Below are positions 1-12,200 of a DNA stretch of 64,000 nt, piece by piece; the first letter of the stretch is position 1, and each line of letters opens with the position of its first letter. A model generated the notes under the pieces. That model saw only the letters and a program-made list of their open reading frames with translations. It did no database searches and was not told the DNA's origin. Made by a program: the position numbers and the translations under genes. The stretch is from Carcharhinus amblyrhynchos. Lineage: Eukaryota. The DNA lies in NCBI GenBank assembly GCA_965287045.1, contig OZ336889.1, positions 42,532,001-42,596,000 of the forward strand, given 5' to 3'.

Positions 1-1975
1 AGTAATCATGGTGGACTTTTATCTCCATACAGACTGGACAAATCAAATTTGCAAAGGCAGTCTGGAAGATTGTTTTGTCGACTATTTTTGCAACAGTTTC
101 CTAGAACAATATATTGTGGAACCAATAAGGGGCAAAGTTATTTTAGATCTGGAATTATACATCAGTCCCAAGCACGGTTCATTAGTGACCTCAAAGTGAT
201 CATAATATAATTGAATTCTATATTCGGTTTGAGAGTGACATATTCAAGTCCAAAACAAGAATCATAAACTTCTACTCATTAGTCAATTACATGACTAGCG
301 ATGAGGAGAGGGCTGGCTAAGGTTGATTGGACAAGTAAATTGTAAGATATGATGACAAATAAACAGTGGGAAATATAGACATAAACAAGAAGCAATTCTA
401 AATGTTCAACAAAATTACATACATGCCATTAAAAACAAACACTGAGAAAGATCCATCATCTCTTTCTAGGAATGTTAGAGTAGTATTAGGTTAAGAGGTT
501 TGTAATGCTGTAAATAATTGTAGTAAGCCTGAAGATTGGGAGAGTTTTATAATCTGGTAAAGGGTGACCAAAAAGCTAATTTAATAAAGGGAAAAATTAG
601 AATGAGTGTAAATTAGTCAGGAATACAAAAACAAATTTTAAGAGCTTTCACAGAAAGCAGCTGAAATAAATGTTGGTCCCATAGATACAGAGAAATCATC
701 ACGGGTAACAAGGAAATGGAAGAGACTCCAAGTAAAACTCGTGTCTATAGTCACAGTAAAATTACCAGGAATTACAAATATAAAAGATACAAGATGCAAA
801 TTATATTCCAGGATAACCAAAGAACTAATAAGAGTGAGGAACTTAAGGTAATTAATGCCAGCAAAGAAAAGGTTTCAGAGAAATTTAAAAGGACTAAAAG
901 TTCACAAATCTCCAGGATCTAATGGCCTATATTCTCAAAGGGTCTGCAAGAGAGATAGAGAGAAAAGATTAATTAATACACAAGATAAGGGCTCATGAAG
1001 ATGGGAGTAATACATTACCGTGGATAGAGGATTGGTTATGGACAGGAAGCAGACATAAGGGATAAACGGATGAGGCCATCTAGCAGAATGCTACAAGGAT
1101 ACGATGCTGGGGCCTCAGATATTTACAATCTATATTAATGATTTAGACATATTACTCCCAGGGTGGAATTTTCCCATCCTGCCCATTACAGGAATTGGAG
1201 CCAGCAGCACATGGGCCAAAGGTCCATTGACCTCGGGTGGGATTTTCCAGCATTGGGGTGAGCGCAGCTGGAAAATCCTGCACCCAGTCTTTTCATCTAA
1301 GTCTATTGATGATACAAAGCTTGGTGGAAATATAACCCCACGGAAGACACAGTCACTGCAAAGAGATAAGGATAGGTTAAGTCAATGGGCAAGTGTTAAG
1401 TTACTCAATTTGGTAGCAAGAATAGAAAAGCATAGTATTGTCTAAAAGGCATGAAACTTTTAAATGTTGAATTCCAGAGATACTGGAGTATATTCTAAAA
1501 AAGTTAGCATGTAGATACAGCAAGCAATTTAAGAAGGCAGATAGAATATTGGCCTTTTTCGCAATAGGTTTGGAGTACTTGAATAAGGAAGCCTTGCTAC
1601 AATTGCACAGGGCTTTGGTGAAATCACACCTGGTGTACTGCGTGCAGTTTCGGTCTCCATACTGAAGGATATGTTTGCCTTGGAGGTGGCACTGTGAAGT
1701 TTCAATAGAGTGGTTCCTGGGATGATATGACTGGCCAATGATGAAAGGCAGAGTAAATTGGTCTATGCTTTCTGGAGTTTAGAAGATTGAGAGATTTACT
1801 GAAAATTCTGAGATTGTTTCCCCTAGCTGGAAAAACTAGGACAGGGGGCACTGTCTCAGGATAAGAAATTGATAATTTACGAATGAGATGAGGAGAAATT
1901 TCTTCACTTGGAGAGTTGTGAATCATTGGAATTCTCTAACCCAGAGGGCACTAGATGCTCCATTGTTGAGTATGC
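1..1975 (+). mobile_element. Decayed CR1-type LINE ORF2 remnant
   Basis: Fragments LGPQIFTIYINDLD and DDTKLGG, CR1-like C-terminal sequence, many stops and frameshifts. Confidence 0.75.
1161..1285. mobile_element. Small MITE-like insertion within the CR1 relic
   Basis: Imperfect terminal inverted repeats GG(G)TGGAATTTTCC...GGAAAATCCTGCACC(C), possible CAG duplication; interrupts the RT between INDLD and DDTK. Confidence 0.5.
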
Positions 1976-2289
1976 CAGCCAGCAATGCCCATGCCCCGTG
2001 AATGAATAAAGGAATCAGCTATGCACAAATATGTATTCTTAATAGATCTTTCAAACCCTTGCATGACGTCCACTATGTTCTGCACAATTTGTAATTTTTG
2101 AGATCCAAAGGGCTTCCTTTTCAGGTGGCGTCACTGGCTAAGTAATACTATTAAAAGCAGGCTGGCTACAAAACAGAATGTAGTGTAAGATCAGCTTTTA
2201 CATAAAACGAGTTAGGCTCAGAAATCTTAAGTATAATTTTAAGAATTTTCAGGCAACGCCAACTTGGGAGTTATGGTTTTTGCAGAGGA

Positions 2290-3040
2290 GGACTGCACAA
2301 AATATAGGAAGACATGCAAAATGGGCATGCATTTGGCAAATGAATTTCAGTACAGTTATCTGAAGTGATGCATTCTGGTGGGAAAAAATTAGGAAAACGA
2401 GTGGTCAAATGGGATGATGATTCTGCGGTGCAAATACACAAATGGCTAAAGTAGAGATGGAGGGTAATAAGGACAAAAAAAAGGCACATAATACAGCGTA
2501 TTCATTGCCAGACGGATAGAATCAAAAAGTAGAGAAGCTGTAGTAAAGTTGTATAGAATCTTGGTTAGACTGTACTTGCAATTCTAATCTCCATGTTATA
2601 AAATGATATAGAGGCACTAGAAAAAGCATAAAAAGAATTAAACCAGATATACTCATCAGGAAATATTAAACATATTGGAGAGGACAGAGATAACCTGATA
2701 GAGGTTTTCAGAATCATGAAAGGGGTTCATTTGATAGGCAGAGAGAGGTGTGCATTTTCAGGGCAGGTCAGAACCAGGGGCCATAAAACGTAGGACAGTC
2801 ACTAATAGATCCAATAAAGAATTAAGGAGAAACTTTCTTATGCACAGAGTGCAACTCGATAACCCAAGAAACAGCTGAGCTGATTATTAATACAGTACTT
2901 AAAGGGAAAATTAGATACTCTAGAAAGAAAATAATTGAAGGGATTTGTTGGTGGAATTAGGTAAAATGAAACAGGAGTATTCTTGTGGAATGCTTAAATA
3001 CTGACAAGAACTTCTAGTAAATGGCCTGTTTCTGTGCTGC
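2290..3040 (+). mobile_element. Decayed CR1 LINE 3' fragment
   Basis: Degenerate CR1 C-terminal and 3' UTR sequence (accaggggccataaa..., atggcctgtttctgtgctg). Confidence 0.6.
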
Positions 3041-3098
3041 AAACACTATGCAAGAATACACAGGGCATCTTGAAAGATCTAGGAAATTACGATCTTAC

Positions 3099-3267
3099 TC
3101 CAAATTTGCTTCATTCAATACTTCAAGGAGAGACATTCTCCGACGTAGTGGCACCTTGGCTTTGCAAATGTCCGCCTTGCTAATGTTCTTGACTGTGAGA
3201 TGAACAAATCCTGTCAGAGTGAAGTTGGGCTCAGTGGTCGCTGACAGCTTTGTTGTGTTCAGGCCAT
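3099..3267 (-). CDS. tcn2: tcn2 coding exon 7 (linker and start of beta domain; not in the ORF track)
   Basis: ttggacag| GLNTTKLSATTEPNFTLTGFVHLTVKNISKADICKAKVPLRRRMSLLEVLNEANL |gtaaga; 169 nt, phase 1 to 2; SLLEVL..A motif. Confidence 0.85.
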
Positions 3268-6200
3268 CTGTCCAATAGGAGAAGCAGTGTTATTCAGGTT
3301 GTGTTATTGAAATGGAATCACATAGAGACCACATTTATAGATTTCTCTCCCCCCACCCCTCACGCTAATCTTGTTTTGGTCACTATTGTGTGGGGTGAAG
3401 TTATTATATCTTGTGATTCACAAAAGCTCAAAACAATCTCCCTTTCAAACTACAATGCTGGGCCTTCATCTAATGTAATGTATTTCTTAGATCACACTAT
3501 GTGCTGTGGACTGATCCATTATTATTAGGTGGAGACAAACTGTAGTACACTAGTGAGCAATGTGGCACCCTTGATACACAAGAACATGTAGCTCCTATAT
3601 CATATTGGAATCAAATAAAAATATACCACTTCCCTTTCTTTAAAATAATAATGCCCCTATCATTATAACAGTTCCAATCATTCCAGCTCAATCCAAGCTA
3701 AGGACAATTAACAATTGAGATCTATGAAATTGACCACCTTAGGATTCTTTTAAAGCTTGTTCCCTTTTGTGAAAAGTATTAAAGTTATTTCCTAGATGCA
3801 GTATATTCCACCATCTCATGGATTTGATAGTTCTTGTTATAATCTGCCTTTAAGAGATAGTAGCATGCCATCAGTAGAAATGTGCTATTAACATTGGCTG
3901 ATCCCTTTTTTGGCTCTAATAATTCCAATGCTGGCATCCATCCCGATCCAAGTAAAACAAAGGATATTAAGTCCAGACTAACTCTTCAAGTTAGGGACAA
4001 TCTTCAAAGATGTCTCTTCAATTTCCTGTCTCCATACATTCCCAACTTTCCAAAAAAGTCATCCTCTTTAAGGGAATTGTTGAGAAAGGATGTGCCTTTC
4101 CAGTGCCACCAAAAGCACCCAATACCTCTTTGAAGTACTGATACACACTCATTATCAGAAGCATTGGCATCGCAATTTTATGATGCTTGGGAGACAACTA
4201 CCCTGGAGATAGATGCCTCACAAAAAGCCCTAAGAGCATGCATGCTAAACAAAAAAGACAAACAGATTGCATTTATTGAAAACTGTCTGTAATGCAATCC
4301 AACTACTCCAATATCAAGTGGATAGCTTTAGTGTTCGGAATCATGCATTTTCATATCTACCTATTTGGCAAAAGACCGATCATAAACTACTGCAGTTGAT
4401 TTGGTGAAAACCATTGATCAGTGCACCAAGATTGCAATATCTCTTAAATCAAGATTCTAAGTTATGATGGCAAGTTCAGGTGCAAACCAGGTAACTGGAT
4501 GGTCACATCAGCTACCCTGATGAGATTGCCTAACCCAGTGAAATGCAAATGACAGCAGATACAAGACAAAACAGTGAAAGATTCAATGGAAACCGTGACG
4601 AACCATCATTGAAAACCATCACCTGACACAATTCAGCATGTTCATGAATACGTGAGACCATTTTGGCCTTACCATGATGAGCTAGAGTTCTATCTGGAAG
4701 TAATTTTTAAAAGCAGGTAGTTTACCATAAAACCTGACATTATTCAGCAAATTCATTATTTATACATGGGCATGGATCAGATGAGAAGACTCCAGAGACA
4801 ATCTGTTAGCTGGGTATGAACATTGGTATTAAGTTGTCAATGACACTGATCCTACATCAAGTTCTTATCCAATTTTGGTCCAAAATTGTATCTAACCTCC
4901 TTGTCCACAGTTCCGACTTCATTGACCAATTTATCAAGTGCCCTATTATTCAACAACTTCACCATACATCACACATACTCCCAAGTGCTATTTTCAGTTT
5001 TTCTGGGAGCCCCCAGAGAGATGATGGACAATGATCAGCAAATGGTAAGTCATTTCAGGCCATACGCAAGAAGTAGAATACTGATTGTACAATTTCTTCT
5101 TCTTATTACCCTAGATCTAATGGCCTAACTGAACAAATGATTCACATAATGAAATCCCTAATGCTCAAATGTCAACAGATTAAATAAATCTACACATTGC
5201 AATGTTACTTCTGAGCGCAACACGTATGCAACTATTTTGTCACCGACAGAGCTTATATTTGGCAGCGCAGCGTGTACCAGTTATCTACTCTTAACCATGC
5301 TACTCTCTCAGAAATTAGAGAATAGCTTTTAAAACTGTGAGAGAAAATGATCAAATGCATGGTAAAAATGCAGTACAGAATTGCCAAGTTTACAGTTTGG
5401 ATAACAAAGTTGCATCCAGGATTTCATAGTAGGTATGTGGAAACCACCTGAAATGAGAAGGATTTGTTTATTCTATGAAGTCGTTACACACAAAGGAGCA
5501 ATGGTGAGGGCTAACCAAGGACAAATCGGATCCTCAACCTCCTACTCCGTACAGGAAAAGATGCCATATGCAACCAGAAACAACATCCAAGAATGACAAC
5601 ACCAAAAAAACAAAAAATCGTTGAGCCATTAAAGAAATCTCCAGCCAAGGTTACCAAAGATCTGGGCTGTAGGGCCCCGAACATCCTCAAAGTGGCAATC
5701 AGTATTGGATTGCTATACAATGCCAAATTTTTTACTTTAATTTATTTTCAACCTTATCTCACCCACCCTTCTAGTTCAGGCCAAATGCGATCCATGCAGT
5801 GCAGTGTGCCTAGCGTGATGAGTGGCTGAGTCAAAGGCATGTAGGCTTGTGCCTTTTTTTTAATGCCACTAGCAGCTGTAAACCAGGTAAGTTTAAAAGG
5901 CCCTTAACAGGATGGGCCAGAAAGGAGGTCAGTGGATAGAATTTGCGGGGATGGGAGAAGAAATGTGCTGTGAGATGTGAGACTGTGGTAGGTCAGAGAG
6001 AGACCTCTCAGTCTGTACAATAGTTATCCAGAAATCAGAACAGGTTTTTAATCCATCTAACTATTGATGTAATCGAGTTGGAACCATTTGAAGTTTGAGA
6101 TTTAAGTTGCACTTTCACTTGGTTTAGGGCAATTGTGCAGGGGAAGTTTGTACTTCTGGGCAACTGCTGTGCAAACCTTACCAAAATCCCAGAATGCTTA

Positions 6201-9200
6201 ACTTTCAGTTATAGGTGCTTTTTTATTGCCAGTATTGGTGTTAAAGTTGTTCTTTCTCCGTCTACAGAGTAACATGTGATAATGGAACCCAATCCAATCC
6301 AGAGAGTTTAATGAAGTTGCTGCACAGTGTAGGTTAATATCATCACCACATTACCCAAGGTTTTATAAAGAAGACATATCCAGTTGTGCAAGAAATGCCG
6401 AGAGACAAGGGAGACCCAAATCTTGTCTTGTTATCTGAGCTTTACATCAAGGCTGATATAAAATCCCTTGCAGAAGGATTTGTTTATCCTATGAAGTCAG
6501 TACACACAAAGGAGCAATAGTGAGGACTAACCAAAGAACAAATTGATTGGAATTGTCATCTCTGGAATCGCCTCAGCCCCCACCAGTATGACACTGGGAA
6601 ACTCAGAAGTTACAGTTAATTATTTGGAACTCAAATGATCATTTGGTATGTGGTGCTGGCGATATTGTGCATGCTGCTCCCAGTATTGTCGAAGTTATGT
6701 CACTTGCTGTCTCCATTGTTCATTGCTGGTGTTGATGACCTTTTCTGCTTTTCAGCTCAAACATGGATTCTATTCCTTCCCACTTGTTTATCAGTTTCTG
6801 TCTCAATGACATTGGATCTTTACATCTCAGCTTCACCAACAACTTTTACTGGGCTGAGGATTTTGGTGATTGGATCCTGTATGTACATAGTCTTTTCTCT
6901 TAACAACTCAGGCAAGGATTTGGCATGCTTGTTGAAGTGATGACCTCTTCAACCTGTATATCAGTGAATTATTGTCTTACTTCGTCCTGGTCACTTGGAA
7001 GATGTAACTTGCTTGGCACAGTTGTCTTGTACTTTCTGCCACTGAGTAGCTCTGCAAGGGACTTTATATCAGCCTTGAGATGTAAAGCTCAGTGTTAACA
7101 AGGTAAGATTTGGGTCTCCCTTGTCTCTCAGCATTTCTTGCACAATTGGATATGTCTTCTTGTAAAACCTTGGGTAATGTGGTGATGATATTAACCTACA
7201 CTGCGCAGTAACTTCATTAAGCTCTCTGGATTGGATTGGGTTCCATTATCACATGTCACTCTATAGACGGAGAAAGAACAACTACAATAATGACTTTAAC
7301 ACCAATACTGGCAATAAAAAGCAGCTATAACTGAAAATTAAGCATTCTGGGATTTCGGTCAACTTATAATTAAGAACAGATGCTGGTGGCAAAGTTGCTG
7401 CGAGCCATGACCTGGTCTGGGAATTGTGAGCTGAAGCTTCTTCTGTTGACCAAATATAGGAAGTTGTTTACATATGGCATCGAGTTTTATGGAATTTGTT
7501 TGGCTACGTGTAATTTGAACGAAGCATAATGGGTGTAGTTTATAAGTAATTTTATTGGTTGTTCGAATCACATAATCAGTTTCCAGTTAAACAATTGGCT
7601 AGATGCCTGAGAATCTTCTGGAAGCAGGTGAAAGGGTTTGTTGATAAGAAACATGCAGTCTTTTGTTGTGTAGTGTCAACTCCAGCGATTCACCATTGCA
7701 GAGGTGTGCCCTGAGGAACATCTTCAGAGAAGATGAGCATAGATTCTACATTGGGACCAGACTTGGCCAATTTTTCCTGAAACCCGGTAGTATCCATTTT
7801 TTGTTAAATAATTAGAAGTTAATGTTCAGTAAAATAAGTGTTGCAATTGTTTAAGTTGGTAGCTAAAGTATTAATTAAAGGGATATTGTTGAATGAATTA
7901 AGAGTCGACTCCTGTCTTTGTTTATCACATTAAACTAGAAAGCTTGGAGGGTGTTTAAATTAGTAGCCAACTAATAACTTTCAGGAATCCATTGTTCAAC
8001 AAACGGAATGCTGAGATTAATGTTGTAGCTCTCAAATCTTTCACCATCTGATAAAAAGCTCAAAGCAACTATGAGATGCCATTCTTAATTGTGCACAAGT
8101 ATATCAGCTCCCACATTCTGGCATGATTTGGGTAGTACTTCAGTAACTATCTCCTCTTTCTGTTATGCATTTTTATACTACTAGCATTCAATGCATGCAA
8201 ATATAATTCATTTAATGTCTTTACAGAGGCCTATCTAGTCCACAACTGATCTGTCTCTGAGCTTACAGCTCTCCATTCCCATTGTGGAGAAGTCGTCTCC
8301 ACATCATTTTAGGTGCAAGTTTTTCAGGACTCAGCCCAGCTGTATCAGGTGTGTACATCATTCGAAAATATTAGTATTCTGCCACCTTCACTATGCATTT
8401 GTGCGTATTTACTTGATCCAAGTTTTCACACAGCTTCATACAGATGGCAGCAATGACCTTTCTCATATAAGTCATACCCTTCTAATGTCATCAACTGTGC
8501 CAACTGCTCTTTTACATTCTCGATATGTCTCATCTAATTTATGCTGGAACGCATACTGACAGACTTCAAGACCAAATGTTAGAAGAAGGAATTTGTACCA
8601 TTAAATCGTGAGGAATGCTGTCAACAGTGAAGATTTCTTGCCCAGTTTCAATTTCTAGTATCAGTTTTTGGCACCAAGCTTGTTCAAAACATCTGCTTCT
8701 GTTGTGACATCTTCCAGTTTGGAATAGAGTTGTGATTCTCCTACTGCTTGATTAAGAAATTTGGGATCCAGGCAACTTCATAGCCATCCATTTGTCTTCT
8801 CTCTCACATTGTGAGAATTTACCTAATCTGTAGATTCACTGACTCTGGTAATCACTTGCTTATCTCCCATTTCTTTCCAGCTTTCTTTTCGGTTCCACTG
8901 ATACTTTACGTGGGAGTTGAATCACTGGTTTCTTCTCTGGATGAATAGTGATGTGTGACACTCAAAATCTTCAAAGCATTCAGCCATTTCATTAAAACAT
9001 TAAGGTCTTTCTTGCTTCCAAGTGGAGGACACTTCAATTGGTGTTCTACCTTCAACAGTCACCTCTTTCAACTCATGATTTACTGAGATCAATTGAAGCT
9101 CTTTGGAACTGTTCAACCCTAGGACAGCAGGGCCATCTGTTTCAGTGATGTAGAATATGCAGTTAACATTTTTCCTGTGTGTCCCCTTGATTTGGGTCAT

Positions 9201-12200
9201 TCCCAGCTGTCAATTTTCAGTTCCAACATAAGCCATCAGCAAAACGTTGCTCAATTTCAGAACACCTTTCTTTGGGTACATTTTGTCTGCCCCAAATTTC
9301 AGGAAAGATCTGCTGGGTATAGTCTGAGTGAGATAATGTTATGCTGTGCTCGGGTATCAAATTTAAGTTTCAGATTTATGATGGTGGGCTTATTTCTCAC
9401 CCTCATTCTGATCAGAATAGCTGTGTGAATTTTGTCTGTCTGGACACTGAGATCATTTCAGGCAGCTGTATATTGTATCCTCAAACTCATAGTTATCTTC
9501 CAGGGTATGGATGATTTGATTTCTTTCCTTTCTCATTTGCTTTGTTGCTCCACACCTGACAACTTGTTTATCATCTACTTTCTTTAATCTGCACATCTTT
9601 ACCATGATTAGGCTTTCCAAAAGCTCTAGCGTGATCTGTATATGGGATATTTCCTTCTCACTGTGAACTCATGTGGTTGTCCACATCAGTGTTGCACACA
9701 TTTGTTTGTTGCTGTTTAACAGAATCAGCTCTGTTGCCTTTCCCTTGACTTAACTGAAGGCTAGCTGTTAGGGAGTTAGCATTGTTAGCTGTTTACTCGC
9801 AGCTACATGTGCACTGGCAGTGTCAGTAGCCCGCATTATCGTGAGCTTGTCCTTTCCAATTAGAACCTTCTGTACATCACATCGGTCATGAATGCTGGAG
9901 CAAACTGGAGGTGTCAAATAGCCTTATTCTGCTCCTGTCTTATGGTCTAAAGTCTGTGGAGCCTCATATGAGCTGACCTACAAGCCTTTGCTCTGTTTCC
10001 TTGAATTTACACTTGCTAGCTTCATTTCGCAAATGAAGAAATTATCAACAGGTTCACATGGCTACCACCTCAAACTTTGAAATTCATATTGGCAGACTCA
10101 TTAGTTTGATTCTGGCTGAAGATGCATGCTGACTTTCTCCAAAATGTTGTCTGGGTTTTTAATTATAATTTTCACTGTTCTCCCAGCTATTAAACAGATC
10201 TAATCCTTTCTCTCCTGCCCACAAAAGAATGTAGCTGACCTGTTCGAGTTCACTAATGCTTTTTAAAAAGCTACTGAATGTCAATCTCCACTTCTGATAA
10301 ACTTCTCAAATGCCTCTGTGAAATTATCAGCCTCCCTATCCATCCTTGTCAGTAGCTGCATTCTCACTGCTGTGGTGATCATTTTATTTTTGTGTTGTTT
10401 CAAGTTTTTTTTCTCTCTGCTTTGGATTTCAGTTGATTTTCCTCAATCAAATTCAGCATTTATTTCATTTACAGTGGTTAGCACTGCTGCTTCACAGCGC
10501 CAGAGACCTCGGTTTGATTCCTGGCTTCAGTCACTGTCTATGTGGAGTCTGCATGTTCTCCCCATGCCTGCTTGGGTTTCTTCCAGGTGCTCCGGTTTCC
10601 TTCCATACTCCAAAAGACGCGCTGGTTAGGTGCACTGGCCATGCTAAATTCTCCCTCAATGTACCTGAACAGGTGCCGGACTGTGGCAACTAGGGGATTT
10701 TCACAGTAATCTCATTGCAATGTTAATGTAAGCCTACTTGTAACACTAATAAATAAATACAAAAAACTTGTAATGTTTGGGTTTTACTCACAAGACACCT
10801 ACAACCACCATGTTGTGTGTTGCAAGTCTCTGATGTTTGAAATAATCACACATTTGAATACAAATGCTGGAACTTCATCAAATATATTTCTCAGATCACA
10901 CCATGTGCTGTGGACTGAAACGTTATGATTTCCATACATAAGCTGTAGTCTGAATGTACTATACTGAATGAAATATAGTTCCCAAATCATATTGGAAGAA
11001 TAAAAATATAGCAGAAGCTATGGCCAAACCCTACTTTGTAGCTATGGAGAAACAGAATTAGTCCTCAAGCTCTCTTTTCTTTTACAAGTTCATGCTCCAT
11101 CCCTCACCAGTTAAGCAACATCACCCCAGTCACTCACCTTTCTTTGTTAGCAACTTAGCAATACTAGCTATCTTAGTAAGATCTCATCCTTTGCTTACCA
11201 TGTTCATCATTGCAGTCCATTTGGCCAATATCCAGGTAGGTTTTTCGATATAGGACAGGTAATAGCTGAGACAGTGCCATTGGATTATCAAAGGCTCTCT
11301 TCGGGGCCTCAATCAGCGCCCTTTTCCCCTTTAACCATCTTGCTTCATCTCTTACAGCCAACAAAGCCTAGAAGTAACAGATTATTAATACTCATGTTAA
11401 TATGACTTGTACAATTTACAGGTGAGGTTATGTTCTGGGTAATGGCTTTAAATAGAGAATGTGCACTGGGATCAGTCGGCTCTAAAAGTAAGATATACCT
11501 ACTGCACAGGGGAACAGCAAGCTAGAGACAGCACACACTAGAGTATGGTCAGAATAAAGAACTCATGCTGTGCCTCCTTGTCAAATATGTATCAATACTC
11601 ACATACGTTATCTATGTTACATATCAATAGTTCTCTGAAAACAATTGCAGAATTTGCCTTTAGCACCATTTTGCTCAGTGTATAACAACTCATAAAATGA
11701 ACTCTTGAGTTTGTCCCCATTAAATGTGTCCTTCGGTTATGGACTCAATCACCACTGGAAACCATTTCTATGTTAACTATTCATTCAAAATCATGAACGA
11801 TTTTTGATTGGGATAGACTGGAAAGACAGGCCCATTTTCCACCAGGCTAAATCTCCCCTTTGATTACCTGTAGAACAAAGCAAGTGTTTGGATTAAGCCA
11901 CCCTGACTTGGTTGTATGCCAGCTCTTGACAGTTCTCAATCAAGACATGTTTGCATAAGAATTTTCTGTCTCAGTGAACATGGTCTCAAACTAGCAGCTC
12001 AATTGCCTGCGATCTCAAAGTGGACAAACTTCCTGGTCTGAGGGCGCACGTCACATTTTGAGGTTCAGACTGATTGTAAAATATTCCTCAGTATAAATTT
12101 AAATCAAAATGCTATTAAACTAAAATTAAGTTCACTTAGAACTGCTGGGGTGCGCTTTGGAGTTGGATAAACCGGTTTGCAGTGCTTCTTCACAAATCAC

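Noticed and set aside
1-3098. tcn2 exons 8 and 9 (WGP..TSV.G / YWQ and terminal exon)
   Set aside because: No matching minus-strand peptide with suitable splice sites was found; the region is mostly CR1 relic, so these exons probably lie left of the window.
10471-10540. tRNA genes at SINE heads (also 29724, 42583, 58187)
   Set aside because: The A/B boxes run directly into the V-domain with no acceptor stem closure; these are tRNA-derived SINEs.
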